Shown here: piece after piece, positions 18,571 through 29,428 of the stretch | How positions within the stretch are numbered: the stretch's first letter is position 1 | Layout of the letters: each line of letters opens with the position of its first letter | Sequence record: SRR31156797_5393 | Strand: one strand, 5' to 3' | Length of the DNA stretch: 41,894 nt | Translations under genes and position numbers: made by a program | Notes under the pieces: generated by a model | Seen by the model: only the letters and a program-made list of their open reading frames with translations | Databases searched by the model: none | Told to the model about the DNA's origin: nothing

Positions 18571-19458
18571 TTAGTTTAACTTTTGACCAGAGATTCGACA
18601 CCACTCTTTCATCTCAACGATAGGGTCGATATGCAGTTCGTCGCGATAGTAATTGGCAACGTCTTCAGCTTGAGTGTCTAACACGCCTGACATGGCTAAT
18701 TGACCTTTAGGCTTCATTAGTCCTTTAATCACACCGGATAGTTCACGAAGAGGGCCTGCGAGGATATTCGCAACAACAACGTCTGCGGCTAATCCTTCAG
18801 GTTGATCTTGAGGGAGGTAAACTTCGATTTGGTCTTTCACGCCATTGCGTTCAGCGTTGTCTTTCGAAGCGAGTAGTGCTTGTGGATCGATATCGATCCC
18901 TATGACTTTTTCTGCGCCTAGTTTGATCGCAGCGATCGCCAAGATGCCGGAACCACAACCAAAATCGATAACAGTTTTACCTGCTAAATCCAGAGATTCT
19001 AACCATTCTAAGCACAGTGCCGTTGTTGGGTGGGTACCCGTACCAAACGCAAGACCTGGGTCAAGCATAACGTTGACGGCTTCTGGATCTGGAATATCAC
19101 GCCAGCTTGGACAAATCCATAAACGCTCACCGAATTTCATTGGGTGGAAGTTGTCCATCCATTCGCGTTCCCAGTCTTTGTCTTCAATTTGCTCGACTTT
19201 ATGTGCAAACCCTTCAGGAAGCAGCTTGCTATCACGAATCTGGCTGATGATAAGAGCGGTATCCACTTCTGCATCATACAAAGCAAGAACGTCGGTATCC
19301 CCCCATAGACGAGTTTCGCCAGGTAAAGGCTCAAACACAGGCGTGTCTTTTGCGTCGAGGAAAGTAACAGACAAAGCGCCAGTATCTTCCATTAGCATAT
19401 CGCTAATGTGTTCTGCGTTTTCGTTAGTCGCGTTTAGCTTGATTTGAATCCAAGGCAT
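18571..19458 (-). CDS. prmA: Ribosomal protein L11 methyltransferase
   Basis: [21 protein letters not shown] and DFGCGSGIL motifs. Confidence 0.97.
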   Translation of the reverse strand: MPWIQIKLNATNENAEHISDMLMEDTGALSVTFLDAKDTPVFEPLPGETRLWGDTDVLALYDAEVDTALIISQIRDSKLLPEGFAHKVEQIEDKDWEREWMDNFHPMKFGERLWICPSWRDIPDPEAVNVMLDPGLAFGTGTHPTTALCLEWLESLDLAGKTVIDFGCGSGILAIAAIKLGAEKVIGIDIDPQALLASKDNAERNGVKDQIEVYLPQDQPEGLAADVVVANILAGPLRELSGVIKGLMKPKGQLAMSGVLDTQAEDVANYYRDELHIDPIVEMKEWCRISGQKLN

Positions 19459-19541
19459 GTGATTGCTCTCTCAGTTCTTTATATTGGCGCAGAGTTTACT
19501 CTTGCACTCGTGGTGCTGCAACTTTGCGCGACGGTAGAAAC

Positions 19542-19568
19542 AAAAATACCCACCGAAGTGGGTATTTT
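19542..19568 (-). terminator. Terminator after accC
   Basis: AAAAATACCCAC-cgaa-GTGGGTATTTT. Confidence 0.85.
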
Positions 19569-19583
19569 ACAAAGCGTCGTCTA

Positions 19584-20933
19584 TTAAGACTTATTCATAC
19601 CGAGTTTTTTCTCTAGGTAGTGAATGTTCGCGCCACCATGCTGGAAGTTCTCATCTTTCATGATCTCTTCCTGTAGAGGTACGTTAGTCTTGATGCCTTC
19701 TACAATCATCTCGTTTAAAGCATTTTTCATACGAGCGATGGCAACGTCACGGTTTTCACCGAATGTGATTAGCTTACCAATCATTGAATCGTAGTACGGT
19801 GGCACTGTGTAACCTGAGTAGATGTGCGATTCCCAACGAACACCCATACCGCCTGGAGTATGCAGACGAGTAATTTTACCCGGGCTTGGTAGGAAACGTA
19901 CTGGATCTTCCGCGTTGATACGACATTCAACGGCATGGCCACGAATCTTGATGTCATTTTGAGTGAATGACAGAGGCTGACCTGCTGCAATGCGAAGCTG
20001 CTCTTTGATTAGGTCAACGCCAGTTACCATTTCAGTCACGGGGTGCTCAACCTGAATACGTGTGTTCATCTCAATGAAGTAGAACTCGCCATTTTCGTAT
20101 AGGAACTCGAAAGTACCTGCGCCTCGGTAGCCAATTTCAATACATGCACGAGTACAACGTTCACCGATGTACTTACGCATCTCTTCAGTGATACCTGGAG
20201 CTGGAGCTTCTTCCACCACTTTTTGGTGACGACGCTGCATTGAACAGTCACGCTCACCTAAGTGGATTGCGCCACCTTGGCCATCCGCAAGAACCTGAAC
20301 TTCAACGTGACGAGGGTTTTCAAGGAATTTTTCCATGTAAACCATATCGTTGTTGAATGCGGCTTTTGCTTCAGCACGTGTCATGCTGATTGCGTTAACC
20401 AGTTCAGCTTCGGAGCGAACAACACGCATACCACGACCACCGCCGCCGCCAGATGCTTTGATGATAACTGGGTAGCCGATGCGTTTAGCGTGAGCTTTGT
20501 TTTTCGCTTCGTCATTGTCCAGTGGACCATCAGAGCCTGGTACACAAGGAACGCCAGCTTTCTTCATTGAGTTGATAGCAGAAACTTTGTCGCCCATCAG
20601 GCGAATAGTTTCTGCTTTAGGGCCAACAAAGATGAAGCCACTACGTTCAACTTGTTCTGCAAAATCTGCGTTTTCAGACAGGAAACCGTAACCAGGGTGG
20701 ATAGCGATCGCGCCCGTTACTTCTGCCGCAGAGATAATGCGAGGGATGTTTAGGTAGCTTTCTAAGCTTGATGCAGGACCGATACAGATCGATTCATCAG
20801 CGAGAAGGACATGCTTTAGATCGCGGTCTGCTGTTGAGTGAACAGCAACCGTTTTGATCCCTAATTCTTTACACGCGCGAAGGATACGAAGTGCAATTTC
20901 ACCTCGGTTCGCGATGACTACTTTATCTAACAT
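19584..20933 (-). CDS. accC: Acetyl-CoA carboxylase, biotin carboxylase subunit
   Basis: [15 protein letters not shown] and [10 protein letters not shown] motifs; ATG 20933. Confidence 0.98.
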   Translation of the reverse strand: MLDKVVIANRGEIALRILRACKELGIKTVAVHSTADRDLKHVLLADESICIGPASSLESYLNIPRIISAAEVTGAIAIHPGYGFLSENADFAEQVERSGFIFVGPKAETIRLMGDKVSAINSMKKAGVPCVPGSDGPLDNDEAKNKAHAKRIGYPVIIKASGGGGGRGMRVVRSEAELVNAISMTRAEAKAAFNNDMVYMEKFLENPRHVEVQVLADGQGGAIHLGERDCSMQRRHQKVVEEAPAPGITEEMRKYIGERCTRACIEIGYRGAGTFEFLYENGEFYFIEMNTRIQVEHPVTEMVTGVDLIKEQLRIAAGQPLSFTQNDIKIRGHAVECRINAEDPVRFLPSPGKITRLHTPGGMGVRWESHIYSGYTVPPYYDSMIGKLITFGENRDVAIARMKNALNEMIVEGIKTNVPLQEEIMKDENFQHGGANIHYLEKKLGMNKS

Positions 20934-20947
20934 AGACAAGGCCTCAA

Positions 20948-21406
20948 TTATTCGATAACAACAAGTGGTTGATCGAATTCAACAGGCTGACCATCTTCTA
21001 GTAGGATTGCAGTAACAACACCAGATTTGTCTGATTCGATTTGGTTCATCATTTTCATTGCTTCAACGATACATAGTGTATCGCCAACAGATACTTTTTG
21101 GCCTACTTCGATGAATGGCTTAGAGTCTGGACTTGGAGAGCGGTAGAAAGTACCAACCATTGGAGAAAGAACTTGATGGCCAGCAGGAACGCTAGCTTCT
21201 GTCGCAGGAGCAGCTGCTGCTGGAGCTGCCGCCGCAGGTGCAGGTGCCGCTACTGGAGCTGGTGCAGCAGCGTAATGTAAAGGTGCTGGTGCAGGTACAC
21301 CATTACGACTGATTCGTACTGACTCTTCACCTTCAGAAATCTCTAGTTCAGCGATACCTGATTCTTCAACTAGCTCAATTAGCTTCTTGATTTTACGAAT
21401 ATCCAT
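20948..21406 (-). CDS. accB: Biotin carboxyl carrier protein
   Basis: [10 protein letters not shown]-terminus, Pro/Ala linker, EAMKM biotinylation motif. Confidence 0.98.
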   Translation of the reverse strand: MDIRKIKKLIELVEESGIAELEISEGEESVRISRNGVPAPAPLHYAAAPAPVAAPAPAAAAPAAAAPATEASVPAGHQVLSPMVGTFYRSPSPDSKPFIEVGQKVSVGDTLCIVEAMKMMNQIESDKSGVVTAILLEDGQPVEFDQPLVVIE

Positions 21407-21465
21407 GTTTTCTTTCTCTTTTATCTTGTTAATAAGACAGCCTCTACGGGCTGCAGAGTGTTTGG

Positions 21466-21915
21466 TTACTGTGCCTGCAAATGTTTAATGGCTGCAGACA
21501 AAGCAAATTCATAACCTTGTGCACCTAACCCGCAAATCACCCCTTGTGCTTTATCAGACAAATAAGAGTGATGACGGAATGGCTCACGTGCGTGAACGTT
21601 CGACAAATGCACTTCAATAAAAGGAATTGCAACGCCGAGCAATGCATCGCGCAGAGCCACACTAGTGTGGGTAAATGCAGCGGGATTAATTATTATGAAG
21701 TCTACGTTGTTATGTGCTTGGTGAATGGCTTCTATAAGCTCATATTCACGATTAGATTGAAGATGTTCTAGTTCAACTTCTGCTTTTTGTGCTTGTTCAC
21801 GCAGCGTCGAAACAATGTGCTCTAAAGTATTAGAACCGTAGTGCGTTGGCTCGCGTAAACCTAATAAATTTAGATTTGGGCCATTGAGAACAAGAATGCG
21901 TGATTTTGCAGTCAT
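21466..21915 (-). CDS. aroQ: Type II 3-dehydroquinate dehydratase
   Basis: [25 protein letters not shown] and EVHLSN motifs; ATG 21915. Confidence 0.96.
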   Translation of the reverse strand: MTAKSRILVLNGPNLNLLGLREPTHYGSNTLEHIVSTLREQAQKAEVELEHLQSNREYELIEAIHQAHNNVDFIIINPAAFTHTSVALRDALLGVAIPFIEVHLSNVHAREPFRHHSYLSDKAQGVICGLGAQGYEFALSAAIKHLQAQ

Positions 21916-22024
21916 TATGTCGCTATCTTCCTCTAAATCTTTAGCTCGTAACATTTTTGATGATTTTCGCGTTAGACGCGAGGATTTTTGTCAAAAAATT
22001 GTAGAGATTTTAAAATTGACCAAG

Positions 22025-22074
22025 ATTATAGCTAATTCACAGCAAATGGCAGCAAATTACTGGTCTTATCACTT
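22025..22074 (-). promoter_or_regulatory. aroQ-accBC promoter with candidate FadR site
   Basis: Minus-strand TATAAT at 22025-22030. TACTGGTCTTATCACTT (22058-22074) resembles the FadR consensus AACTGGTCnGACCAGTT. Confidence 0.5.
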
Positions 22075-22354
22075 TTTATTTACTAATCAGTATAGGAGAA
22101 ATGGGAGCCGTGGCACAGAGTTGGCTGACCTTTTAGAATTCCACTATTTGGGTGCGTTTCCAATATCAGATTTTTCTGATATTTCAAAAAATTGTAATTT
22201 GTTTGATATTCATTCCCTAATCAGAAACTATAGTTGATGTATTAAGCTTTAACGAATGTGTGAGTACGCTAAAACGTGTAGGAATTTTTCTCTTAGTACA
22301 AACATAACTATATAAATGAATCGATGGCGTCGGCGTCAGAAAGGTGGTTAGAAA

Positions 22355-23149
22355 ATGAAAGTTACTCAATCTATTGCAATATCGTCGTTAGTTTTAGCCA
22401 GTTCTGCATTTGCAGCAACAGGCTCTGATATCAAAGATAATCAGTCAAAGCTGGCGGATGATCCAACAAAAGTCGTGACAAAACTAGGCGTGTCTTATGC
22501 TAACAACTATGACTTTGATGATTCAAATGTTTCTATTTCTGGCTCGTTAGCCTTTGACCCTGCAAGAAAAATTAACTTACGTTTGAACTCGGATGCCAGT
22601 GAGTGGCGTGTTGGTGGCTCTTGGCTATTTCCTGTCGGTATTTTGAACTTTAACTTTGGTAAGAATGAATACACTAATGGTGCAAATCAGACTAACTACA
22701 GTGTCGGAACCTTTATTCCATTGAGCGTGTTTGGTGTGGAACCTCTGGGGATTCAACTGTTCCCAATGGCTGGATATACGTATAACGATGGCGAATCACC
22801 TAGCTGCCGAGCAGGTGCCGCTTGTTCTGAAGTTAACTTTGTCGGAACACCAAGTGCGGATAACGGCTTTTATATGGCGGATTCTGCAGGTAGTAGCGGT
22901 TATGTTGGTGCTTTTGGTCTCAAACCTTTAACACAAGAAATCACTCTCATGGGATTTGCTGCAACAACTTATGGTTCTGAAAATAGTGAAGGTGAAAACT
23001 ACAAAGGGTTCTTTGCTGGTGGCGGTGTGAGCTATTTAGCGAACAAGAACCACTCATTCAGTCTGATGACGTTTATGATGGACAACAATACTTACCTTGA
23101 CGATCCAGACAAGCGAGTGATTGCGTCTTATACATACCAGTTTGATTAA
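22355..23149 (+). CDS. Hypothetical exported protein, probable outer-membrane beta-barrel
   Basis: Signal peptide ending AFA; Gly/aromatic-rich alternating strands; C-terminal ASYTYQFD. Confidence 0.7.
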   Translation: MKVTQSIAISSLVLASSAFAATGSDIKDNQSKLADDPTKVVTKLGVSYANNYDFDDSNVSISGSLAFDPARKINLRLNSDASEWRVGGSWLFPVGILNFNFGKNEYTNGANQTNYSVGTFIPLSVFGVEPLGIQLFPMAGYTYNDGESPSCRAGAACSEVNFVGTPSADNGFYMADSAGSSGYVGAFGLKPLTQEITLMGFAATTYGSENSEGENYKGFFAGGGVSYLANKNHSFSLMTFMMDNNTYLDDPDKRVIASYTYQFD

Positions 23150-23174
23150 TCATCGTTTAAGTATAACGTGAAAT

Positions 23175-23210
23175 AAAAAATGCCCCACATTCAAAATGTC
23201 GGGCATTTTT
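23175..23210. terminator. Bidirectional terminator
   Basis: AAAAAATGCCC.ACAT...ATGT.GGGCATTTTT. Confidence 0.8.
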
Positions 23211-23230
23211 CGTTAAGCCTTAATGATTAT

Positions 23231-25180
23231 TTACACCAATTCGGCTTTCTCTGCGATAAGCTTATCAACCACGCTTGGATCCGCCAGTGTTGATGTATCG
23301 CCTAAGTTACCTGTATCACCCGTTGCGATCTTACGTAGGATGCGGCGCATGATCTTACCTGAACGTGTTTTCGGTAGTGCATCTGTCCAGTGAAGAACAT
23401 CCGGAGTAGCAATTGGGCCAATCTCCTTGCGTACCCAGTCTTTCACTTCTTTGTGCAGTTCGGCATTTGGATAGACACCATCGTTTAGTGTGATGTAAGC
23501 GTAGATTGCCTGACCTTTAATGTCGTGAGGTACACCAACAACAGCAGCCTCTGCGATTTTATCGAATGCAACCAGTGCAGATTCAATTTCAGCAGTACCC
23601 ATACGGTGACCTGAAACGTTGAGTACGTCATCGACACGTCCGGTGATCCAGTAGTAACCATCTTCATCACGACGAGCACCATCCCCAGTAAAGTACATAC
23701 CTTTAAAGGTTGAGAAGTAGGTTTGCTCAAAGCGCTCATGGTCGCCATAGACTGTTCGCATTTGCCCTGGCCATGAATCTAGGATAACCAGGTTACCTTC
23801 GGTTGCGCCTTCAACGATTTCACCCATATTATCAACCAGTGCGGGTTGAACGCCGAAGAAAGGACGAGTGGCAGAGCCTGGTTTTAATTCGGTTGCACCT
23901 GGCAATGGAGTGATTAGAATGCCACCCGTTTCTGTTTGCCACCAGGTATCTACGATTGGCGATTTCTCATTCCCGATGGTTTTGTAGTACCACTCCCAAG
24001 CTTCGGGGTTAATTGGCTCACCGACCGATCCCATGATACGCAGGCTGCTACGAGTCGTATCTTTAACGGCTTCGTCGCCTTTCGCCATCAGAGCGCGAAT
24101 AGCGGTTGGCGCGGTATAAAGAATGTTGACGTTATGTTTGTCAACCACTTGACTCATGCGGTTAGTATCTGGGTAGTTAGGTACACCTTCAAACAGAATT
24201 GTTTTAGCGCCGTTAGCTAATGGGCCATAAACAAGGTAAGTGTGACCAGTAATCCAACCCACATCTGCAGTACACCAGAAGGTTTCGTTTGGTTGGTAAT
24301 CGAATACGTATTTGAATGTCATAGTTGCGTATACAAGGTAGCCACCAGTGGTATGAAGTACGCCTTTAGGCTTACCGGTGGAACCTGACGTATACAAGAT
24401 GAACAGCGGGTCTTCTGCTTTCATCTCTTCAGGTGGGCAGTCTGCTGAAACTTTAGCGGTTGCTTCGTGCCACCAAACATCACGGTGATCGTGCCATGCT
24501 ACATCACCACCCGTACGTTGGAACACGATAACTTTATCGATAGATTTTACTTCCGGATTGGTCAGTGCTTCATCCACGTTTTTCTTAAGTGGAACTGCAC
24601 GACCACCACGAACGCCTTCGTCTGCCGTTACAACCAGTTTGGCGTTTGAGTCAATGATACGACCCGCCAGTGCTTCTGGAGAGAAACCACCAAATACCAC
24701 CGTGTGAACGGCACCAATACGGGTACACGCTAGCATAGCAACCGCAGCTTCAGGAACCATTGGCATGTATAGACACACGACGTCGCCTTTACGAACGCCT
24801 TGCTCTTTCATTGCGTTTGAAAAACGACACACTTGTTCGTGCAGTTCGTTGAAAGTCAGTGTTTTATCATCTTCAGGGTTATCGCCTTCCCAGATGATAG
24901 CGACGTCATCGCCGCGCTCAGCAAGGTGACGGTCAATACAGTTGGCGGATACGTTGAGAGTACCATCTTCAAACCAACGAATGTCTACGTGTCCAGTGTC
25001 GAAAGAAGTCTGTTTCACTTTAGTGAATGGCTTAATCCAATCCACAATCTTACCGTGTTCGCTCCAGAAACCTTCAGGATCAGATACTGACTGCTGATAC
25101 ATGGCTAGGTAAGTGTCATTATCCGCATGCGTGTGAGATTTAATATTTTCTTTTACCGGATAAATGTGGGCTTCACTCAT
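23231..25180 (-). CDS. acs: Acetyl-CoA synthetase
   Basis: [21 protein letters not shown] and [12 protein letters not shown] motifs. Confidence 0.98.
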   Translation of the reverse strand: MSEAHIYPVKENIKSHTHADNDTYLAMYQQSVSDPEGFWSEHGKIVDWIKPFTKVKQTSFDTGHVDIRWFEDGTLNVSANCIDRHLAERGDDVAIIWEGDNPEDDKTLTFNELHEQVCRFSNAMKEQGVRKGDVVCLYMPMVPEAAVAMLACTRIGAVHTVVFGGFSPEALAGRIIDSNAKLVVTADEGVRGGRAVPLKKNVDEALTNPEVKSIDKVIVFQRTGGDVAWHDHRDVWWHEATAKVSADCPPEEMKAEDPLFILYTSGSTGKPKGVLHTTGGYLVYATMTFKYVFDYQPNETFWCTADVGWITGHTYLVYGPLANGAKTILFEGVPNYPDTNRMSQVVDKHNVNILYTAPTAIRALMAKGDEAVKDTTRSSLRIMGSVGEPINPEAWEWYYKTIGNEKSPIVDTWWQTETGGILITPLPGATELKPGSATRPFFGVQPALVDNMGEIVEGATEGNLVILDSWPGQMRTVYGDHERFEQTYFSTFKGMYFTGDGARRDEDGYYWITGRVDDVLNVSGHRMGTAEIESALVAFDKIAEAAVVGVPHDIKGQAIYAYITLNDGVYPNAELHKEVKDWVRKEIGPIATPDVLHWTDALPKTRSGKIMRRILRKIATGDTGNLGDTSTLADPSVVDKLIAEKAELV

Positions 25181-25288
25181 TACTCATTCTCCTTATGAAT
25201 ACAGCTTGGTTCCTCTATGGTGTTTTAAACAAACATAAATGAACCTTGTTATGCCTATAACTTTTAGCCACAAGGGAAAGTTTCACAA

Positions 25289-25346
25289 TTAGACTTTAGG
25301 ATAAATGAGCGATATTTCTTTTTGAATAAGTGTGCTTTCAATCGCT
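25289..25346. promoter_or_regulatory. Candidate CrbR-like and CRP-like sites upstream of acs
   Basis: TTAGAC-TTTA-GGATA at 25289-25303 is an imperfect GAC-N4-GTC; TGTGC-N6-TCGCT at 25331-25346 is CRP-like. Confidence 0.4.
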
Positions 25347-25368
25347 TAAAAGCGTCTTTTTCACAAAA

Positions 25369-25998
25369 TTAGTTGTATGGAGAGGTGAATGTCGGCAAGT
25401 CACCTTTGGTCAGGCGAACAAACACTAGTGCTGCGGATATGGCATCCTGCAAGGCATCATGCTTATCTTGTAGGGGAAGATCTAAATGACGACAAATAGA
25501 GTCCAAACTTAAGTCGATATACGCATTCGGCAAATGACGTTCAAGCTTATCGTGATAGATCTGGCTCACCTCTATCAGGTTGTTTGGCAATGGAAATCCC
25601 AGCTGTTTTCGGCAGGCGATGTCTAGGATTTTCTTATCATAACGAATATGGTAGCCCACCAACGGACGGTTGCCGATAAAGTCTATCAGCTGAGTTAACG
25701 CTTCTTTTTCTGACACGCCATCAATTAAGTCCTGATGACGCATTCGGTGAATGCGAACAGAGGTGGAATCAAGCGATTGTGGTGCTCTTAAGCGGACTTC
25801 AAATGGCTGGCTAGTCACAATGCGATTATCAATAATTTTGGTGGCAGCGATAGTCACTAACTCAGCTCTGTTGGGATCAAGGCTGGTGGTTTCGCAATCC
25901 AGAGAGACGAATTCACTCGAACTCGATGTTTCAAACAGAGCCTGATAGGGTGAGCCTTTGAGTTTATGATGCCAGTAGCGACGAGTGAGCCAATTCAT
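25369..25998 (-). CDS. DEDDh 3'-5' exonuclease (DNA Pol III epsilon-like)
   Basis: ExoI/II/III motifs LDCETT, GYHIRYD and HDALQDA. Confidence 0.92.
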   Translation of the reverse strand: MNWLTRRYWHHKLKGSPYQALFETSSSSEFVSLDCETTSLDPNRAELVTIAATKIIDNRIVTSQPFEVRLRAPQSLDSTSVRIHRMRHQDLIDGVSEKEALTQLIDFIGNRPLVGYHIRYDKKILDIACRKQLGFPLPNNLIEVSQIYHDKLERHLPNAYIDLSLDSICRHLDLPLQDKHDALQDAISAALVFVRLTKGDLPTFTSPYN

Positions 25999-26010
25999 AA
26001 GATGCCTTAA

Positions 26011-27834
26011 TTAGTCGCGAATTTGGTAATGATAACCAAGCCACTGTTTGAATTTTTTCACCACATGCAGACTGTGACGAAGGAGATCGCGCTCGGTTCT
26101 ATCCAGTTGTTTTAAGTCGATACTGTTGCTGCTGCGTTGATTGGCGAGCTGTTGCGCTAAGCGCAGTTTAAAAAATTGCTTGAGTGCTTCACTGAGGTTA
26201 TCACCGGTTTGTTTCTCTAATACTCTGCGCTCCACCAGAGCGTTGATGCGATCAAAGGTGTTGTTCACTGCTACCTTGTGTTCAAGACTTAATGCGCGAA
26301 TACCATGTACGATGGGGAAAATGCCTCCCTGCTTGATATCTAACCCTGTTTTAGAGCTTTTGACGTTACCGAACAGGGTCAAAGGCACGGAAAAATTCAG
26401 TGCAGGGCGGGTAAACTCGGTCAGGATCAGTTCCTGATCAGCCATCAACTGGCTGAGATGTTCTTTGATTGGTTTTAGTAGTTTCTTGTTACCGGCAATA
26501 GCATGAGCATCTGCCATGATAGCAATATCCATCACCTGTTCCGGCTTGGCGGCTTTGACCCAACTGGTCAATGTATTCTTCCATTGACTCTGGCTTTTCA
26601 CCCATTTGGGGTTGTTGACCATAACTTTACCCGGGCAGAGTGGGTAACCAAGCTGTAATAGGGTATGAGTGAGTTCATTCATCACGCTTTCACATTGGTG
26701 CCACTCTAATCCATCTTTAATCACGAGTGCGTTGTCTTGGTCGGTTTTTAAAATCTGCTCGCCACGTCCTTCTGAGCCTAAAACGATTAAGCAGCAGTGG
26801 TCGTGTAAAGCGGGTGGAACAACTAACTCAAACGCTTTTTCTATGATTTGTTCATTAACGGCGGAAATCAGTTCCATGACAAAACGAGTGCGTACCCCAC
26901 GACTCAATAAACTCTCGATAAGTTCTATTTGTTTATTGGACGCAAGCGCAAGCTCTTCAACACTGGATGCTCTTGCGATAGCCAAGGTCAACACATGGGA
27001 ATGGGTGGAGAAGGTGCTGAGGATCTGGGTCATATCTAAGATGCCGACGGCACTGTTACCGTCGCACACCATCACTCGCTTAACCCGATTACGGGTCATC
27101 ATCACCATCGCATTAAATAGAAATTCGCCGTCATCAACATGCATGACAGGAAACGTGGCTATTTTGCCGATTGGTGTATCCAGAGGGTAATTATCAAGCA
27201 TCACAGCGTGTAGCATATTGGTACGAGTGACAATGCCATACGGGTGATGGGTTGAATCAATCAGTCGTATATCGCTCTCGTCTAGGCGTACCAAAGCAGA
27301 ATCTACGCCATTGTCTTTCATCTGCATGGTGACAGACTGGAGTGACTGTTCCGGAGATAGAATCATCGGAGGCGTATAAATGGAGCTGTCGACTTTAGTC
27401 AGAATGAATTCAGCAATGTTTTTTTGTTGTTGGGCGGCTTCAATCAGTTCTTGTCGTTTGGCTAAATTGTTGTCGAAGTAGGCGGCAAACTGGCCGTTTT
27501 CATTATAGAGCTCAATAAAGACTTGTTTAGGGAGTAAGTAGCTGAGGGTATCTTCAAGTGCAACATATTGGTGTTTGACCTGTTGTTCAAACAGAGCCCG
27601 GACATCAAACATGTCATCATTGGCGTAGTGGGCATAAATCTCTTTGCCGGTTGCAGAGCGTTCCTCAACCGTGCCTTTGATTAAAACGTGCAGGTGGCTA
27701 CTTGGTTTCCCGCTTGGAAGCAGCGTTGAGCCCGCCCGAAAGTAAGCGACATCTAATGCGGCACGTAATTGTTTTTGTTGATCAGGCGTGAGCCGATCAA
27801 AGGGCGGAGATTGCATGTTGAATTTATCAGGCAT
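26011..27834 (-). CDS. cNMP-binding + CBS + DUF294 putative nucleotidyltransferase
   Basis: N-terminal cNMP-binding fold, CBS pair, LGSEGRGEQ...DQDNAL NTase motif and DIKQGGIFPIV helical domain. Confidence 0.9.
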   Translation of the reverse strand: MPDKFNMQSPPFDRLTPDQQKQLRAALDVAYFRAGSTLLPSGKPSSHLHVLIKGTVEERSATGKEIYAHYANDDMFDVRALFEQQVKHQYVALEDTLSYLLPKQVFIELYNENGQFAAYFDNNLAKRQELIEAAQQQKNIAEFILTKVDSSIYTPPMILSPEQSLQSVTMQMKDNGVDSALVRLDESDIRLIDSTHHPYGIVTRTNMLHAVMLDNYPLDTPIGKIATFPVMHVDDGEFLFNAMVMMTRNRVKRVMVCDGNSAVGILDMTQILSTFSTHSHVLTLAIARASSVEELALASNKQIELIESLLSRGVRTRFVMELISAVNEQIIEKAFELVVPPALHDHCCLIVLGSEGRGEQILKTDQDNALVIKDGLEWHQCESVMNELTHTLLQLGYPLCPGKVMVNNPKWVKSQSQWKNTLTSWVKAAKPEQVMDIAIMADAHAIAGNKKLLKPIKEHLSQLMADQELILTEFTRPALNFSVPLTLFGNVKSSKTGLDIKQGGIFPIVHGIRALSLEHKVAVNNTFDRINALVERRVLEKQTGDNLSEALKQFFKLRLAQQLANQRSSNSIDLKQLDRTERDLLRHSLHVVKKFKQWLGYHYQIRD

Positions 27835-27968
27835 ATACCCTTCCTACTTGAAGTTACAGCATGTTCGCTTCTATTTGGGATTTCGTTTCTCTGTTTCATC
27901 AATGCTGTTGGATATCACAGATGAGGATACCTATGCTAAGTGTGACAAATTTCTTTCTCTCCTCCAGA

Positions 27969-27982
27969 CGACTTTGGTCTAA
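27969..27982. promoter_or_regulatory. Candidate CrbR-binding motif
   Basis: cGAC-TTTG-GTCtaa between the divergent DUF294 and MFS genes. Confidence 0.5.
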
Positions 27983-28113
27983 TGGGGGCAAAGCCCCCAC
28001 AGGTAAAGTTGTGATAGGGGAAACAGTTCATTGACGAAAGTTCCCTTTTTTGCGAGCGTAACTCGTTGCATAATGGCGGCGTATTTTTTCTCTTATGCAG
28101 TTTAGGATGACTA

Positions 28114-29304
28114 ATGTTCAAGCCCTCTCCCTATGGGTGGATTTCCCAGTATTTCTTTGGATTCTTTTTTGCTTATGGCGTTTATCTGCCATTTTGGGCT
28201 TTGTGGTTTGAAGGTCAGGGCGTTTCTGCCAGTAATATCGGTGCGTTAGTTGGGATCGGTTTTGCGACGCGTTGTGTTGCAAACTTGGTGATTACGCCTC
28301 GCATTCATAAAGTGGAGCACCTTTTGCCCGCTCTGCGCTGGGTGTCTCTTGCATTAATGCTGTTCATTGCGTTTCACTTCTTTACTGGCGGCAGCTTTTG
28401 GCTACTGGCGTTGGCAACGATACTGTTCAACATGGTCTGTGGTCCGGTTCTACCGCTCTCTGACTCTGTGGCGAATCATTATGCTCAACGTAATTTGCTC
28501 GACTATGGTCGCTCTCGCTTGTGGGGCTCGATTGCTTTTATTGCCGGTTCTACCGTGGTGGGGTATCTGGTTGTTCTGTATGGCTCAGATATGATCGTCT
28601 ATACGGCGCTGTTTGGGGCTTTTGCGACTTTAATCCTTAGCTTACGCAACCCGAGAGTTATGCCTGTTACGGATCATAGTGAGCAAAAGGTTCGTCCTAA
28701 GTTGACCGAATTGCTACGTGAATGGCCGGTGATAAAGTTTCTGTTGTTGATTGCCCTGATTCAAGGCAGCCATGCGGCTTACTACAGTTTTGGTTCTATT
28801 CACTGGAGAGCTGCAGGTCACTCGGAAGACATTATTGGTTACTTATGGAGTTTAGGTGTCGTTGCTGAGATATTGGTTTTTGCAATCAGTAAGCGTGTCT
28901 TTTCCCGTTGGAATGTTAGAACCCTGTTTTTGATTGCTGCGATTGGTGTGATCGTTCGTTGGGGATTAACCGCATCGACAACAGCATTACTCGCTCTGAT
29001 TGTTATTCAGTCTTTGCATGGTGTGACGTTTGCGATGGCGCACATTGCGACGATTAAGTACATCCAACATGCTCCAAAACATAAAATGGTCGCACTTCAG
29101 GCGTTATACAATGCCATTCCTCTTGGTGCTGTGATTGCTTTGATGACAGCAGTCAGTGGCTGGGGATACGAAAACTGGGGAGCTGGGGTTTTCTGGGGGA
29201 TGACCTTGATGGGTGTTCTAGCGTTGTTTGTGAAGGTCGATTTACCTCAGTCACAAGTTAAGGACATTTCATCGCTCAAAGCGGAGCCTGAAGCACAAAA
29301 TTAA
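28114..29304 (+). CDS. MFS transporter, HcaT (3-phenylpropionate transporter)-like
   Basis: FFAYGVYLPFW, DYGRSRLWGS, QGSHAAYY and LWSLGVVAE motifs; about 12 hydrophobic segments. Confidence 0.88.
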   Translation: MFKPSPYGWISQYFFGFFFAYGVYLPFWALWFEGQGVSASNIGALVGIGFATRCVANLVITPRIHKVEHLLPALRWVSLALMLFIAFHFFTGGSFWLLALATILFNMVCGPVLPLSDSVANHYAQRNLLDYGRSRLWGSIAFIAGSTVVGYLVVLYGSDMIVYTALFGAFATLILSLRNPRVMPVTDHSEQKVRPKLTELLREWPVIKFLLLIALIQGSHAAYYSFGSIHWRAAGHSEDIIGYLWSLGVVAEILVFAISKRVFSRWNVRTLFLIAAIGVIVRWGLTASTTALLALIVIQSLHGVTFAMAHIATIKYIQHAPKHKMVALQALYNAIPLGAVIALMTAVSGWGYENWGAGVFWGMTLMGVLALFVKVDLPQSQVKDISSLKAEPEAQN

Positions 29305-29428
29305 CCCTATGCAATTGAGTTAAAATGATAACCCTGTTTAATAAAGCCTCTTCTTGAGGCTTTATTTCTTTATAGCTTGGAAGACTTTGGACAATATTGA
29401 GAGATTTCACAGGGAATAGGGAAGTCGG

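Noticed and set aside
18845-19447. 200-aa + strand ORF
   Set aside because: Antisense shadow of prmA with Ser-rich composition and no motifs.
21200-21300. GCA/GCT/GGT-rich repetitive tract
   Set aside because: Encodes the normal Pro/Ala linker of AccB; not a repeat element.
21884-22237. 117-aa + strand ORF upstream of aroQ
   Set aside because: Overlaps the aroQ start and promoter; no clear RBS or recognisable domain.
26669-27190. 173-aa + strand ORF, and similar antisense or nested ORFs within purD, purH, accC, acs, crbS, rhlB, rho and ubiD
   Set aside because: Fully overlap well-supported genes; typical shadow ORFs.
25369-27834. Nucleotidyltransferase + nuclease as a CBASS-like or toxin-antitoxin defence system
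   Set aside because: The NTase is GlnD/GlnE-like with cNMP/CBS sensor domains in a core acetate locus; no CD-NTase, Cap effector or HEPN features seen.
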